Position numbers and translations under genes: made by a program. From Eledone cirrhosa (taxonomy: Eukaryota): 64,000 nt of DNA. Location: the NCBI GenBank assembly GCA_964016885.1, contig OZ024757.1:29450001-29514000 (forward strand), given 5' to 3'. Below the pieces are notes generated by a model. The model was given only the letters and a program-made list of their open reading frames with translations, was not told the DNA's origin and ran no database searches. Position 1 is the first letter of the stretch, and every line of letters begins with the position of its first letter. Positions 45,631 to 57,058 of the stretch are shown here, one piece after another.

Positions 45631-46272
45631 CTTTTGTGTGTAAACAAATTTTAACAATGTTAAAAAAAAGAAAGATACGAATAAAGTTAAAACAAAGAAA
45701 GGTTCCTCAATAGGGAGAAGACGTTTGAGGGTCATTCGTGGAAAAAAAACTAGAATACTACTACTACTACTACTACTACTACTAATATTAATAATAGTAA
45801 TAATAGTAATGATGATGATCATGGTGATGATGTTGATGATAACGATTTCCTTTATTGCTACAAGTGCCAGAGATGGAGGATATTCGCAAGAACAACGATA
45901 ATGATTGGTTGAACGAAAAAAAAAACCAATAATAATTGAAATAAAGCCTCATTCTGTGGTATTGATTAGTCATTATTAATTATTTATTCCGTCATGATGT
46001 TCAGAAATTGGGGAGGGGAAAAAAAGATAAAGAATTTTCTCAGAAAAATCGTTAAAAAAAAATCTATTGACATCCACAAGAAGAAGAATACAAACATTTA
46101 GAAAGTATGAAAACACAAATCAATTTTTCATTGTTGGTGAAAATAAATCGTTTGTTTTATATTATATAGAATATATTTTATATACATGCACATTGGAATG
46201 TACATTGGAGAATTTAATCTATACTTTCAACGTATGTTAAATAAAAACATCAACAACAATGATGATAATATT

Positions 46273-46420
46273 AATTGTTTCTACTTTTGGCACTGGGCCA
46301 GTAATTATCCCAGTGTATGACTGGTACTTTATTTTATCGACCCCGTAAGGAGGAAAGTCAAAGTTAACCTCGGCGGTATTTGAACTTAGACCATAAAGGG
46401 CCGTAACTCTTTGCTGCAAA
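46273..46420 (-). mobile_element. 5'-truncated Meta-domain SINE, directly followed by a family-A PLE fragment (46421-46492)
   Basis: AATTGTTTCTACTTTTGGCAC...ATCGACCCCGTAAGGA...ATTTGAACT, then ACCCCGACGCCAGAGCTCAAGCCGTTTCG. Confidence 0.8.
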
Positions 46421-46800
46421 GGTAGGGGTGGGTAGTAAGAAAATGTTTAACCCCGACGCCAGAGCTCAAGCCGTTTCGATGGCTGTTTCTGGAATAATAA
46501 TAATAATAATAGTAATATATTTGAAGACTAAAATCCAAAGAGGGCTCGATATATATATATATTTAGAAGTGTGGATCATATTGTAGTCCACCCGTTGATA
46601 AGCCCTCTGTAATATGGAAACATTCTGTAATTTGAGCGTGTCCAGGTGTTATAGTTATTATTTGGTGGTTAGTACACTACAATTTATTCTGTTAATTAAT
46701 CTGTAGTAGCCTTTCCTTTCGTAAAAAATATGTTCAACACTGGTTTTCTATCCCCTATAATTAAACACATACGTCTATGTGTACTTCTCTCTATATACTG

Positions 46801-46853
<53 letters not shown>

Positions 46854-46997
46854 TAACAGATTAAAGTTTAAGCAAAGAATCCCAGTGATTATTTGCTAAA
46901 ACTTTAATCTATTATTTTAATAAATATTTGCTCTATGATTTTATATATTTTATATATATATTATCCTTGTCGAGCCTTCTTCGGATTTTAGTCTTCA

Positions 46998-47038
46998 CAG
47001 AGAACGAATGTTTCACCTTATTCGGATCCTCAGGTCGG
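46998..47038 (-). ncRNA. Degenerate minimal hammerhead motif
   Basis: Minus strand: CUGAGGA-UCC-GAAUAA-GGU-GAAAC-AUUC-GUU-CUCUG. Stem I is poorly paired; same architecture as 49901-49939. Confidence 0.45.
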
Positions 47039-47160
47039 TCTAATACAAGGTGAAACATGTTCTCGGTATGTTAAACTAACTGTTGTGGAACTATATCTAC
47101 CAAACTAGACCCATAGCCTGAGTGCTCTACTACTACAGATATAACGCACCAGTGTTCTAC

Positions 47161-47191
<31 letters not shown>

Positions 47192-48627
47192 CTATCCACG
47201 ATCCCAGATGAACCCACCGCACGGAACGAAAATAATCTAAGGACAGCAACAACGAACATCCTTCTACATCAATGCTCAGCCAACGAAGGCTGGATATAGA
47301 ACGTGTAGCCACAAGGGCGATGCCTCAGCATAGCTGGAACAGGTAAAAGAATGCATGTGTGTGTTTGTGGGTGTGGATGTAAGTTTATATATTCATTCAG
47401 GTCAGGATTGCATCATCGTTTCTAGCGCCTTATAAATGCATTTTATTACTGAAAATATCCAAATCAGATACTGATATCTGTATGATATGCAATGCACGGT
47501 TCTCTGTTTGGTTTTTTTCTTTGCTTGTTTTCTCTTTCCTTTCTTTTAAATGCTTATATATTTATGTAGCGCTCCTTACGAATATGAAACTCAGTAAACA
47601 TGGCAATTTCAAAATTTTATTTCTTATTCTCTTAGATTCATTTTCTATAATTTGTTACATCAAAACAACTTATCATAAACTTTGAAGAATATATGTTATA
47701 AATTCGAGTTTGTTATTTTTCAAAATTTGTTTAATCTATTTTCCTATTTCAGTAGACAAATCAAATAAAGATGAAAGAAACAGATAAAATTATTAAAAGA
47801 AAACCCGTTTTCAAAATGGCCTCCGCTATATTATCCTTCCGAACATCTCTTCCTCCATATTTGATAATAACATTGAAATGACATGCTATAATATAATGTA
47901 CGTTGTGCAATGAATTTTATACAAATCAGCAACTCAAATGAAACATTCTTGACACATTTAATAACTAAAATGTAATGCTACGTTTATGAATGTCACATGG
48001 TGCTGTAGTGCATATTTAAAATATTGTACATTTTGTATTATGTATTCATATATATATATATTACTCTACTACTATGAACAAATATAAATGTTTATATATA
48101 TTTATATATATAAATATGTAATGCAAAATGCATATATATATACATATATCCCTAGAAATATATGTACACATATATATACATACACAATTATATGTACACC
48201 CACACATTATATATATATATCATTCAAATACATTTATGTTTATATATATATATATATACATTCATACATATATTTATATATATATATATACGTTTATATG
48301 TATGTAGGCCTATTTTATATGTATATATTTATATATATATATATAAATTCATATATATATATATGCGTGTGTTTGTGTGTTTTTGTATGTGTGCATATAT
48401 ATAAGGGGGGAACACTTAGTTCGGTTGTGGAAGCTGAGAGAGAAGAGCGAAGAGTTTCCTATTTATTTATTCTCCTCGGTGACCACTTGAGTCATCTCTA
48501 AACTTCTGAAGTCAAAAGGAATATATCTACTGATGATAATCGGCATTACACACACACGCACACACACACGCACACATGTATATAATATAATAACATAGTT
48601 ACAAAATATGTATACGTAGAAAGTGAG

Positions 48628-48670
<43 letters not shown>

Positions 48671-48874
48671 GTGTGCTTGTGTGTGTGTGAGTGGGCGAGA
48701 GAGTTCGTGTGTAGGAAAATGTATTTGAAAATGTAATTGGAGTCTTTTAGAAGATTTATTTACAATATATACATATATGTATATTGTAAAACTATCTTAT
48801 AAGTGACTCCAATTGCACTTTCAAATTCTCTTTCCTACACACACGTAGACAAACACACATATATATATATATAA

Positions 48875-49063
48875 CGAAGCAAATGTGGTAAGGAACCAGA
48901 TGGACCATAACGCACCAAAGTACTCAATACTTAGGGTAGTAGAGTGGGTAATAGGAACGATTAGGACCCCGACGGCTGAGCTCAAGCCGTTTCGACGGCT
49001 AATTCTGGACTGAATTAGCCGTCGAAACGGTTTGAGCTCAGCCGTCGGGGTCCTACTCGTTCC
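48875..49063. mobile_element. PLE pseudo-LTR fragment (family A) with ~50-bp fold-back, between (TA)n tracts
   Basis: Arms 48952-49005 and 49012-49064 are near-perfect reverse complements; each carries GAAACGG(C/T)TTGAGCTCAGCCGTCGGGGTC. Confidence 0.8.
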
Positions 49064-49105
49064 TATATATATATACGTATTTGCTTTAACATCTACAATA
49101 TATAT

Positions 49106-49294
49106 TTGTTTCTACTTTTGGCACAAGGCCAGCAATTATCCCAGTGTATTACTGGTACTTTATTTTATCGACCCCGTAAGGATGAAAGGCAAAGTTAACC
49201 TCGACGGGATTTGAATTCAGACCATAAATGGGCGAAACTCTGTGCAGAAAAGCATGGCGTCCGACCCTCTACCGATACTGCCAATCCACCGCCC
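49106..49294 (-). mobile_element. Meta-domain tRNA SINE, full length
   Basis: Reverse complement of the 43293-43484 type. Confidence 0.9.
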
Positions 49295-49395
49295 AACAAT
49301 ATATATTTTCAATCACATGCAATACTTAATTATTTTTCCTGATATACATAACCAATACTTTATCTGCCTTCATACCTTCACACACACAAACGCAT

Positions 49396-49427
<32 letters not shown>

Positions 49428-49428
<1 letters not shown>

Positions 49429-49599
49429 GTGTTAGAAAGTAAGGGTTCACAAACAAGAGATGGACAATTTCCCTTCATCAGTTGTCTACTACGAGTCACA
49501 GATGTTTCAGCGCATTTTAGACAATCTGTGACCCGTAGTAGACAACTGATAAAAGGAAATTGTCCATCTCTTGTTTGTGTCCCCTTACTTTCTAACACT
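49428..49599. repeat. ~75-bp-arm inverted repeat next to (TA)n, probably a PLE terminus
   Basis: AGTGTTAGAAAGTAAGGG...GTCACAGAT / ATCTGTGAC...CCCTTACTTTCTAACACT; also visible as mirrored ORFs on both strands. Confidence 0.85.
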
Positions 49600-49662
49600 C
49601 GTTATCAATAACCACACAGCCTCGTCTATCTCAATCCATATATATATATATATATATATATC

Positions 49663-49792
49663 ATAATAACAGATTACAGTTTAAGTAAAGAATCGCTGCT
49701 TTCCCCCTTAACGGGATCTTCTGAAATTGTTCCAGAAGATCCTGTTAAGGGTGAAAGCAGCGATTCTTTGCTTAAACTTTAATCTGTTATTT
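49663..49792. repeat. ~60-bp-arm inverted repeat next to (TA)n (family D; related pieces at 46851-46920 and 63143-63200)
   Basis: ATAACAGATTACAGTTTAAGTAAAGAATCGCTGCTTTC...GAAAGCAGCGATTCTTTGCTTAAACTTTAATCTGTTAT. Confidence 0.85.
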
Positions 49793-49900
49793 TAATAATT
49801 ATTTGCTCTACGGCTTTTATACGGAGGTTAATGGTAGTAGAACACTCAGTCCATGGGACGAGTTTGGTAGAATTAGTAACACAACAGTTAGTTCACCATA

Positions 49901-49939
49901 CCGAGAACAATTGTTTCACCTTGCGGATCTTCAGCTCGG
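49901..49939 (-). ncRNA. Minimal type I hammerhead ribozyme (39 nt)
   Basis: Minus strand: CCGAG-CUGAAGA-UCC-GCAA-GGU-GAAAC-AAUU-GUU-CUCGG. Perfect 5-bp stem I, GNRA loop II, palindromic stem III as in PLE minimal HHRs. Confidence 0.8.
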
Positions 49940-50014
49940 ACTCAATTTATTAAGAGTTATTTAGTATAGGAGCTGACAGGAACTGCACTGTCTCCAATAT
50001 CCACCACTAGGCCA

Positions 50015-50053
50015 CCGAGCTGAAGATCCGCATGGTGAAAGAATTCTTCTCAG
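50015..50053 (+). ncRNA. Minimal type I hammerhead, inverted partner copy
   Basis: CCGAG-CUGAAGA-UCC-GCAU-GGU-GAAAG-AAUU-CUU-CUCAG. Confidence 0.65.
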
Positions 50054-50104
50054 TATGGTGAACCTTCTGTTGTGTTACTGCTTATATATATATATATATA
50101 AGTT

Positions 50105-50206
50105 TTAATATAGATGAGATTCTACAGGACTAGAACTGTTTCATTCATTAGAAATCATCTAATGAATAAAACAGTTCTAGTCCTGTAGAATCTCATCTAT
50201 ATTAAC
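50105..50206. repeat. ~48-bp-arm inverted repeat next to (TA)n
   Basis: TTAATATAGATGAGATTCTACAGGACTAGAACTGTTT ... AAACAGTTCTAGTCCTGTAGAATCTCATCTATATTAA. Confidence 0.85.
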
Positions 50207-50291
50207 ACTTTTATACTCTGCTATGTATTGAGTACCTTACTTACTGTGGTTACCTCCGATTCAACCCGGAATAACGTATATATATATATAT

Positions 50292-50828
50292 ATAGGAAAA
50301 AGTTTAACCCCGCCGGCAGAGCTCAAGCCGTTTTGACAGCTATTTCTGGACCCGAATCTCTCCTTGGTGTCGAAGTCCTGGTTGTCGCGGTATCTATCGT
50401 AGAAAAATGTTCTCCATCTCAGTCTTTTCGCAAACAGGTCGATTGTTTGCGTGAGCATCCGAAGGTAAAGTTTTCTCGGTGGAACTGGGATGTTCTTGGT
50501 GGAGAAGTCGATAGTGTGTTTTCGCATGGTGAGGGTAATGAAACTTGAACTAGGTGGAAAAGTCAGGATACGGCGTGGTAGGGTCGGAAAGTGCTCTACT
50601 ACGGAGGTAGGAGCTAGATAATGAAGGTGTGGTAAGGAACCATATGGACCATAACGCACCAGAGTAATCAATACTTAAGGTAGTAGAATGGGTAATAGGA
50701 AAAAGTTTAACCCCAACGGCAGAGATCAAGCTGTTTCGTCGGCTATTTATGGACCCACTCTTCTACCCTAAGTATTGAGTACTCTGGTGCATTATGGTCC
50801 ATCTGGTTCCTTATCACACCTCTTTCGT

Positions 50829-50830
<2 letters not shown>
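50292..50830 (-). mobile_element. Truncated Penelope-like element: inverted pLTR piece + pLTR + ORF start + partial second pLTR, between (TA)n tracts
   Basis: Direct repeat 50292-50352 / 50697-50755; inverted repeat 50625-50695 / 50753-50825; ORF start in between. Confidence 0.75.
50351..50527 (-). pseudogene. N-terminal fragment of a Penelope-like element ORF
   Basis: MRKHTIDFSTKNIPVPPRKLYLRMLTQTIDLFAKRLRWRTFFY...TKERFG resembles the (Y/F)SxKNIPxP...KRMRWK...FF...xGF N-terminus of invertebrate PLE RT/GIY-YIG proteins (from recall, not from a search). Confidence 0.65.
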
Positions 50831-50864
<34 letters not shown>

Positions 50865-51155
50865 ATGCAAAAGAATCAACCCGGCGTTTTAAAGACTCTG
50901 CCAAATCGCCGGTTCACACTAAACTTACTAACATTTTCCCCACAACCCACCACTCCACCCTTAAGTTTCGTGATGTTGAACAGTAGTGAAGAATATCAAT
51001 TCCGTTTCGTCTACTGTATTTTGTATGTTTGTTTTATTCTATATATTTATTTTTCATTTTTGCGGATTAGACAGAATAACTTTTTACTATTATTATTATT
51101 ATTACATTGTCGCTGTTATTGTTGTTGTTATTACAACTTTCAGTCACGATGGTTG

Positions 51156-51452
<297 letters not shown>

Positions 51453-52199
51453 ATGAGAAAAATAGAAATAATTTGTGCATTAGGCGACACGATCGAAGTT
51501 GTACCATGGTCTGAAAACATCCTCACTTCTAATCCTAACCACGACGCGCCACCACCACTACCAGCACTACCAGCAACACCACCACTATCACCACCACCAC
51601 AAGCGCCACCTACAGTAGAAGTGTGAATTTCGGTTACATAATTAACGTCTATAAAACCGTTCATTTCTACAACTCACGTTTCACGTTAATAATTCGAAGG
51701 GTTTGCAGCAATATTGCAAGGGCGGTGGAGGCGGGGTGTTATTCGGTGGAGTTCGTTCAGTAGTTGTTGGTGAAGAAAAAGTCACTAAGACAGTTTATTT
51801 AATTTCTTTTCCCTTTTAAAAAAAAATATTTAGTAACTGGTGTAATTTTAATCTAAATTTAAATTTTTATATTTCTTAAATATCATATTGTTGTATTTCT
51901 TAATGTTTCTGTTGTCTCACTCTTTTCATTACTGCCTTTGTTTTTGTCATTATTATTATTATTATTATTATCATTATTTTTGTTATTGTTGTTGTTTCTG
52001 TTGTTGTTTTTGTTCCTGTGGTTGAATTCATACGATTGCCATTTCTGGGTCTCGTTAATGGAAATATTTGGTATAGATGATGAACCTGGCGCTTGTCCGC
52101 CATTGTTGAGGCTTTGGGTTGTTTTACACTTTTACACCGTTTTTACACTGTTTTGTATTCAGCGCACGACTTGACGGCCATTTTATATTGGATATATTA

Positions 52200-52915
52200 A
52201 AAACAACAACAACAGATACACCAATACTAATAACACCAAGAACTCCTACAACAACAACAACAACAACAAGACGATGACTAACTACGATACCAACAACAAT
52301 AACTGCAACAGAAATAATATCAACAACAATAACAACAGTATAAACAATATCACAAAACTACCACAACTTCAGAAATTGTAACAACAACAACACCAACATA
52401 ATCAACAACTATAAAAATATTACCAACAACTTTAACAACTATAAGAACAACAACATCTCCAACAGCAACAACTTCACCAATATCTACAACAACAACTGCA
52501 ACAAAAGTATCACGGATGATATAACCAAAACCTACTACAACAATAACAAGACAAATTACAACAACAATAACAACAACACCAATATCACCAACAACTACTT
52601 TTATAACAATACCAACAGCAACAACAATATCACGGATAATATAAGCAACAACCACTACAACAATATCACCACCAAGTACAACAGCTATAAGCATAACAAC
52701 AACTACAACTATAACCACAACAACAACTACAAAAATATCACCACCAACTACAACAACTATAATGAGAACAACATCAACGAGAAGACAACAACAACAACGT
52801 TTATAACAACACCACCAAAAACAACAGCAATATCACCACCAACCCCTTATATAACAACAACACCAAGAACACCACCACACCAACAACAACAATAACAGCA
52901 GGAATAACACAACCA
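52200..52915. repeat. Degenerate (AAC)n low-complexity tract
   Basis: Direct reading. Confidence 0.85.
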
Positions 52916-53482
52916 ATAACTTAATCAATAGTTTGACACAGAATATAACTACTAACGGATTAATGACTTGACACAGTGCCACCTAACATCATTATTATTA
53001 TTAATATTATTATTATTATCTTATTATTATTATTATCTTATTATTTATTAGTGAAGTCTCATTGTGAATTGCTGACGAAGCCAATATGTCGATATGCAAT
53101 TGCAACTGCGATATGTGAATTAAAACCATCTTAATGAGTATGCAACGAAATTCACTTTCATTGTTATCAACTACATCGTTATTTTTTTTTTACATTGCAC
53201 ATTTTACCATGTGAGATAAGATTTCTCTCTCTCTCCCTCTTCGCTTCATTCTCTTTCTCAGGCTATGTCACTGCTTCTCTCTTTCTTTCTGACCTTTTTT
53301 ATCTAGCTCCCTTTCCATTGCTTTTTCTCTCTCTTTCCATCAATCTCTCTCTTTCTCATTTCCTCTCTCTCACGTTCTCTTTCTATTACTGTCCCAATAA
53401 TTTCTGTTAATCTGCTTCTCTCTTTTTCCCTCTGTCTATTTATCTATCTATCTCGCTCTCTCTAACTTACTCATTCTATGTC

Positions 53483-53533
<51 letters not shown>

Positions 53534-53731
53534 GAGTATGTGTTGGTTGTTTACCGACACTCCAGTATGCAGGTTGGAGCACTCAACAAAGTGCGCAGGT
53601 TGGTCTGTTTACTCCTGTTCAAGTTCTTACTGTCTGATGAGGTCATAGCTGTTGAATAATGGCTATTACTGAAATATATATACTAGCGAATATGAATAAA
53701 AGAAGCAAATTTTACCCTGTTGACTTACACT

Positions 53732-53762
<31 letters not shown>

Positions 53763-54286
53763 CTATTTTTTGCCATATATATATATATCATCCTATACAT
53801 TATATCCTTCGAATAGTCTGTCTGTCCGTCACTCTCTCTCTCTCTATCTTCATATACGCCAATCAATCTATCATTAAATGTTATACTTTCTCTCTCTCCA
53901 ACAGACATATATCATACATACCCAGGAACACGCATGCAATGCCTCAAATCTAAACGATGCCTGTACGAAGAATCGCAATCAGAGATATAGAATAATATGT
54001 GCAAAAACAAAAAAGAAAAAACCGCTAAAAATGCTTAAACAAACAAGTAGTTTATAAATGTACAGAAAAATCAATAGTACGTTGTTTTTTTTTTATTAAA
54101 GTAAAAAAGCTAACAAAGAATACCGAGGTAATCTATAATATGACTTATCTTGAAATTGAGCTATAAATACATTTTCGAATTGGTATAAGGTTTTGTCAGA
54201 GAGATGATAAACGAAAATGATGGCATTGAAGAAGAATAATAAATGTCAACGATGCCTCTGCTAAATTTAAAAAAAAAAAATAATGA

Positions 54287-54323
<37 letters not shown>

Positions 54324-54715
54324 TGCTAAGGTAAAGTTAAAGTTAAAAGACCATCAACTCGTGATAGAGTCGGATGGCGTGTCACCGAAACACGTGGCGT
54401 ATCATGCGTATCCTATCTCTCGTTAGGTCGTCACACAGCGGATGTGATTCATATCTTTAAACTGGCTGTATTCAGGTTCGTCTCTAACCTGTCTGTATTT
54501 TTCATTGTTGTAGTATTAAGATGGCAACATGCTTCTTGTTGCATTTTTCATTGTGTCACTATTACTTAACTTATATTGATTATTCTGAGAAATAATTTAT
54601 TAATTACTCTCTCACTGAGTGCTTTGTACAGTCTTAAAAAATCGACTGCCAATCTGCCACTCGTAGCTGCAACTTCGGTTATAGTCATTATATGTGTGTG
54701 TGTGTGTGTCTGTGT

Positions 54716-54825
<110 letters not shown>

Positions 54826-55671
54826 TTATATAAAGGGATATAGAGGTAAAAAGGACCCTCAGTACTGATCTGATGTTTCATCAATCAACTTCGAAAGGAT
54901 GAAAGGCAAAGTTGATCTCGGTGAGATTTGAACGCAGAGTGCACCGTGCTGGAACAAATGATGAGCCATTTTTAATCTAACGCTTTAAAGGCTGCTAATT
55001 TGTTGCAATAAGTTAAGACAGGATAAAAAGTATATCATCTACTAAAGCTTCAGGTTCACCCAAGACTGAGAGTGAAATTGGATAGACAGAAAATGCTTAG
55101 AAGCCCCTCCGATGGACTCTGTCTCTAACTCATAAGACTAAGCCTTGTCCCGCAATGCAACATGCTGAATCTCTGAGAATTATATTAAAGGTTATATGTG
55201 GATGTGGAAAGCTAGAATGACCCAGGTTTGTACGTGCATTTAATGGATCGATAAGATCAGGACTGACTTGTTTTAAACAGCAACAAGGCAGCAAGCAGCA
55301 AATGTGTGTTTGGATCTACTACGCCTGAGAAAAGGAAGAGTTAGTCGTGGCTAGAATATCGTTTCTCATTGAGCTAACATGGTGCTAAACTTGGATATAC
55401 CAGGCAACAGAATACAAATATAATACAATGATATATATATATATGAATGAAGCTGGAACAACAATAGAAATTGAAAATATTGATATTGAATAACATTGAA
55501 GTGCTTGTTACTTACGAGAAATCGAATTTCGTTAGAAGAAGAAGAAGAAGAAGAAGAAGGAGGAGGAGGAGGAGGAGAAGGGGGAGGAGGAGGGGGAGAA
55601 TGGGGAAGGAGGAGGGGGGAGACGGGGGGGGGGGGGGGGGGGGGACATGCAAGCTAGCCATGGCGCCTGTA

Positions 55672-56160
55672 TGAATGTTAAGTCTGAGAAATTGATTATT
55701 TTGAGGTTAGTACTTACTGTAATTTTAAGTTTCAGGTCATTGAATAGTTTGGCTAGATGTTTGCTGAACTTAACTGTTTGTTGCTCGTTTATACTGTTGG
55801 AGGTTAATGGACCATCATCTCTATAGATCCCACCATTAATGGTGTCGAATTTATGTTGTATCAAGTTTAAGATGTAAAATCCAATTAGCTTTCACATATC
55901 CGACACCCATGTTTACATCAAAGAGATATGTGTTTTTGTTTGTCCATCCTGCACTGTCATTGAATAAGAGCATCGATTTCCTGACAGATAATATGTCGTT
56001 ATCTGTAATAATACAATGAAGCTTTGTGAACTCTAGGGCCGTTAATAATTCATGTTAGGTGATGCATGAGTAGTAGTCAATTATATCAAATTAGTAAGTG
56101 TGTATTCTTGTATAACTAGTGTGTAAGTAAACCACCTTCCAACTGATGTATTGTTATTTC
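55672..56160 (-). pseudogene. Frameshifted reverse-transcriptase fragment of a Penelope-like element
   Basis: Minus-strand peptides in order across frames: FDIIDYYSCIT, RKSMLLFND..W, FDVNMG, GIYRDDG, LKLKITVSTNLKIINFSDLTF. These match PLE RT motifs FDIxxFYPSI / FDVTMG / GLYRDDGL / NFLDVTF. Confidence 0.85.
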
Positions 56161-56367
56161 AACATGTTAATATGTTATATTTTATTTTCTCGATATTGCT
56201 GTTTCTTTCATTTAACAAAATATTAAAATGATTTCCGTGGTTCAGTTTTGGTTGTGTTGAGTCTAAATATGAGGCTATATATATTAAATATGCGGCTATA
56301 TATATATATGTGTATATATTGTGTTGATGAGTATGTATATGCGGATATATATATATATATATATATA

Positions 56368-56638
56368 AAACGAAGGAATTGTGGTAAGGAACCAGATGGA
56401 CCATAACGCACCAAAGTACTCAATACTTAGTGTAATAGAGTGGTTAATAGGAACAAATATGACCCCGACGGCAGAGTTCAAGCCGTTTCCACGGCTATTT
56501 CTGGATTAAATAAGAATTTTTAGCCTGGTAAATAAACAACCGAACTTATATGGTAATACCCCTGAGAAGTTCGGCTGTTTATTTACCAGGCTAACATTTC
56601 TTATTTAGTCCAGAAATAGCAGTCGGGTCATACTTGTT

Positions 56639-56640
<2 letters not shown>
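56368..56640. mobile_element. PLE pseudo-LTR fragment (family A) with long fold-back, between (TA)n tracts
   Basis: Homologous to 48875-49010; inverted arms ~56450-56547 / ~56566-56640. Confidence 0.8.
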
Positions 56641-56685
<45 letters not shown>

Positions 56686-56740
56686 AATCAGGAAAGAAGA
56701 GTGACACGGTTTGCAAACATATCTTTTTTTTAATCACATT

Positions 56741-56846
56741 GCTGACAATTGTTTCTCTGAACTGGTAGGTCTAGAAATCGCTACCCGCCTGTTTTCGCGT
56801 CATTCGATCACCAATACATAGTTGTAACCAGTCAATTCATCAGAGC
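56741..56846 (-). ncRNA. Type I hammerhead motif (left arm)
   Basis: Reverse complement of 56953-57058. Confidence 0.6.
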
Positions 56847-56952
56847 TAGCGAGAATGAAGGGAATACACAGGCATGGCTTCTATATATAGAAGCCATGCC
56901 TGTGTATTCTATATATAGAAGCCATGCCTGTGTATACCCTTCATTCTCGCTA

Positions 56953-57058
56953 GCTCTGATGAATTGACTGGTTACAACTATGTATTGGTGATCGAATGAC
57001 GCGAAAACAGACGGGTAGCGATCTCTAGACCTACCAGTTCAGAGAAACAATTGTCAGC
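56953..57058 (+). ncRNA. Type I hammerhead motif (right arm)
   Basis: GCU-CUGAUGA-AUUGACUGGU...ACCAGUUCAGA-GAAAC-AAUU-GUC-AGC; palindromic stem III ACAAUUGU, GUC triplet, 3-bp stem I. Confidence 0.65.

Noticed and set aside
49460-49490. GACAA-CTGATGA-AGG-GAAA-TTGTC (minus strand) as an ultra-minimal hammerhead
   Set aside because: No room for stem III and a cleavage triplet; non-canonical
49730-49768. CAGAAGA-hairpin-GAAAGCAGC as a hammerhead
   Set aside because: The core U is replaced in both arms and no UH triplet pairs in register
53630-53690. CTGATGA-hairpin-GAAATATATATA as an intact hammerhead
   Set aside because: Core and a stem II are present but stem I cannot be paired in register; at best a degenerate relic
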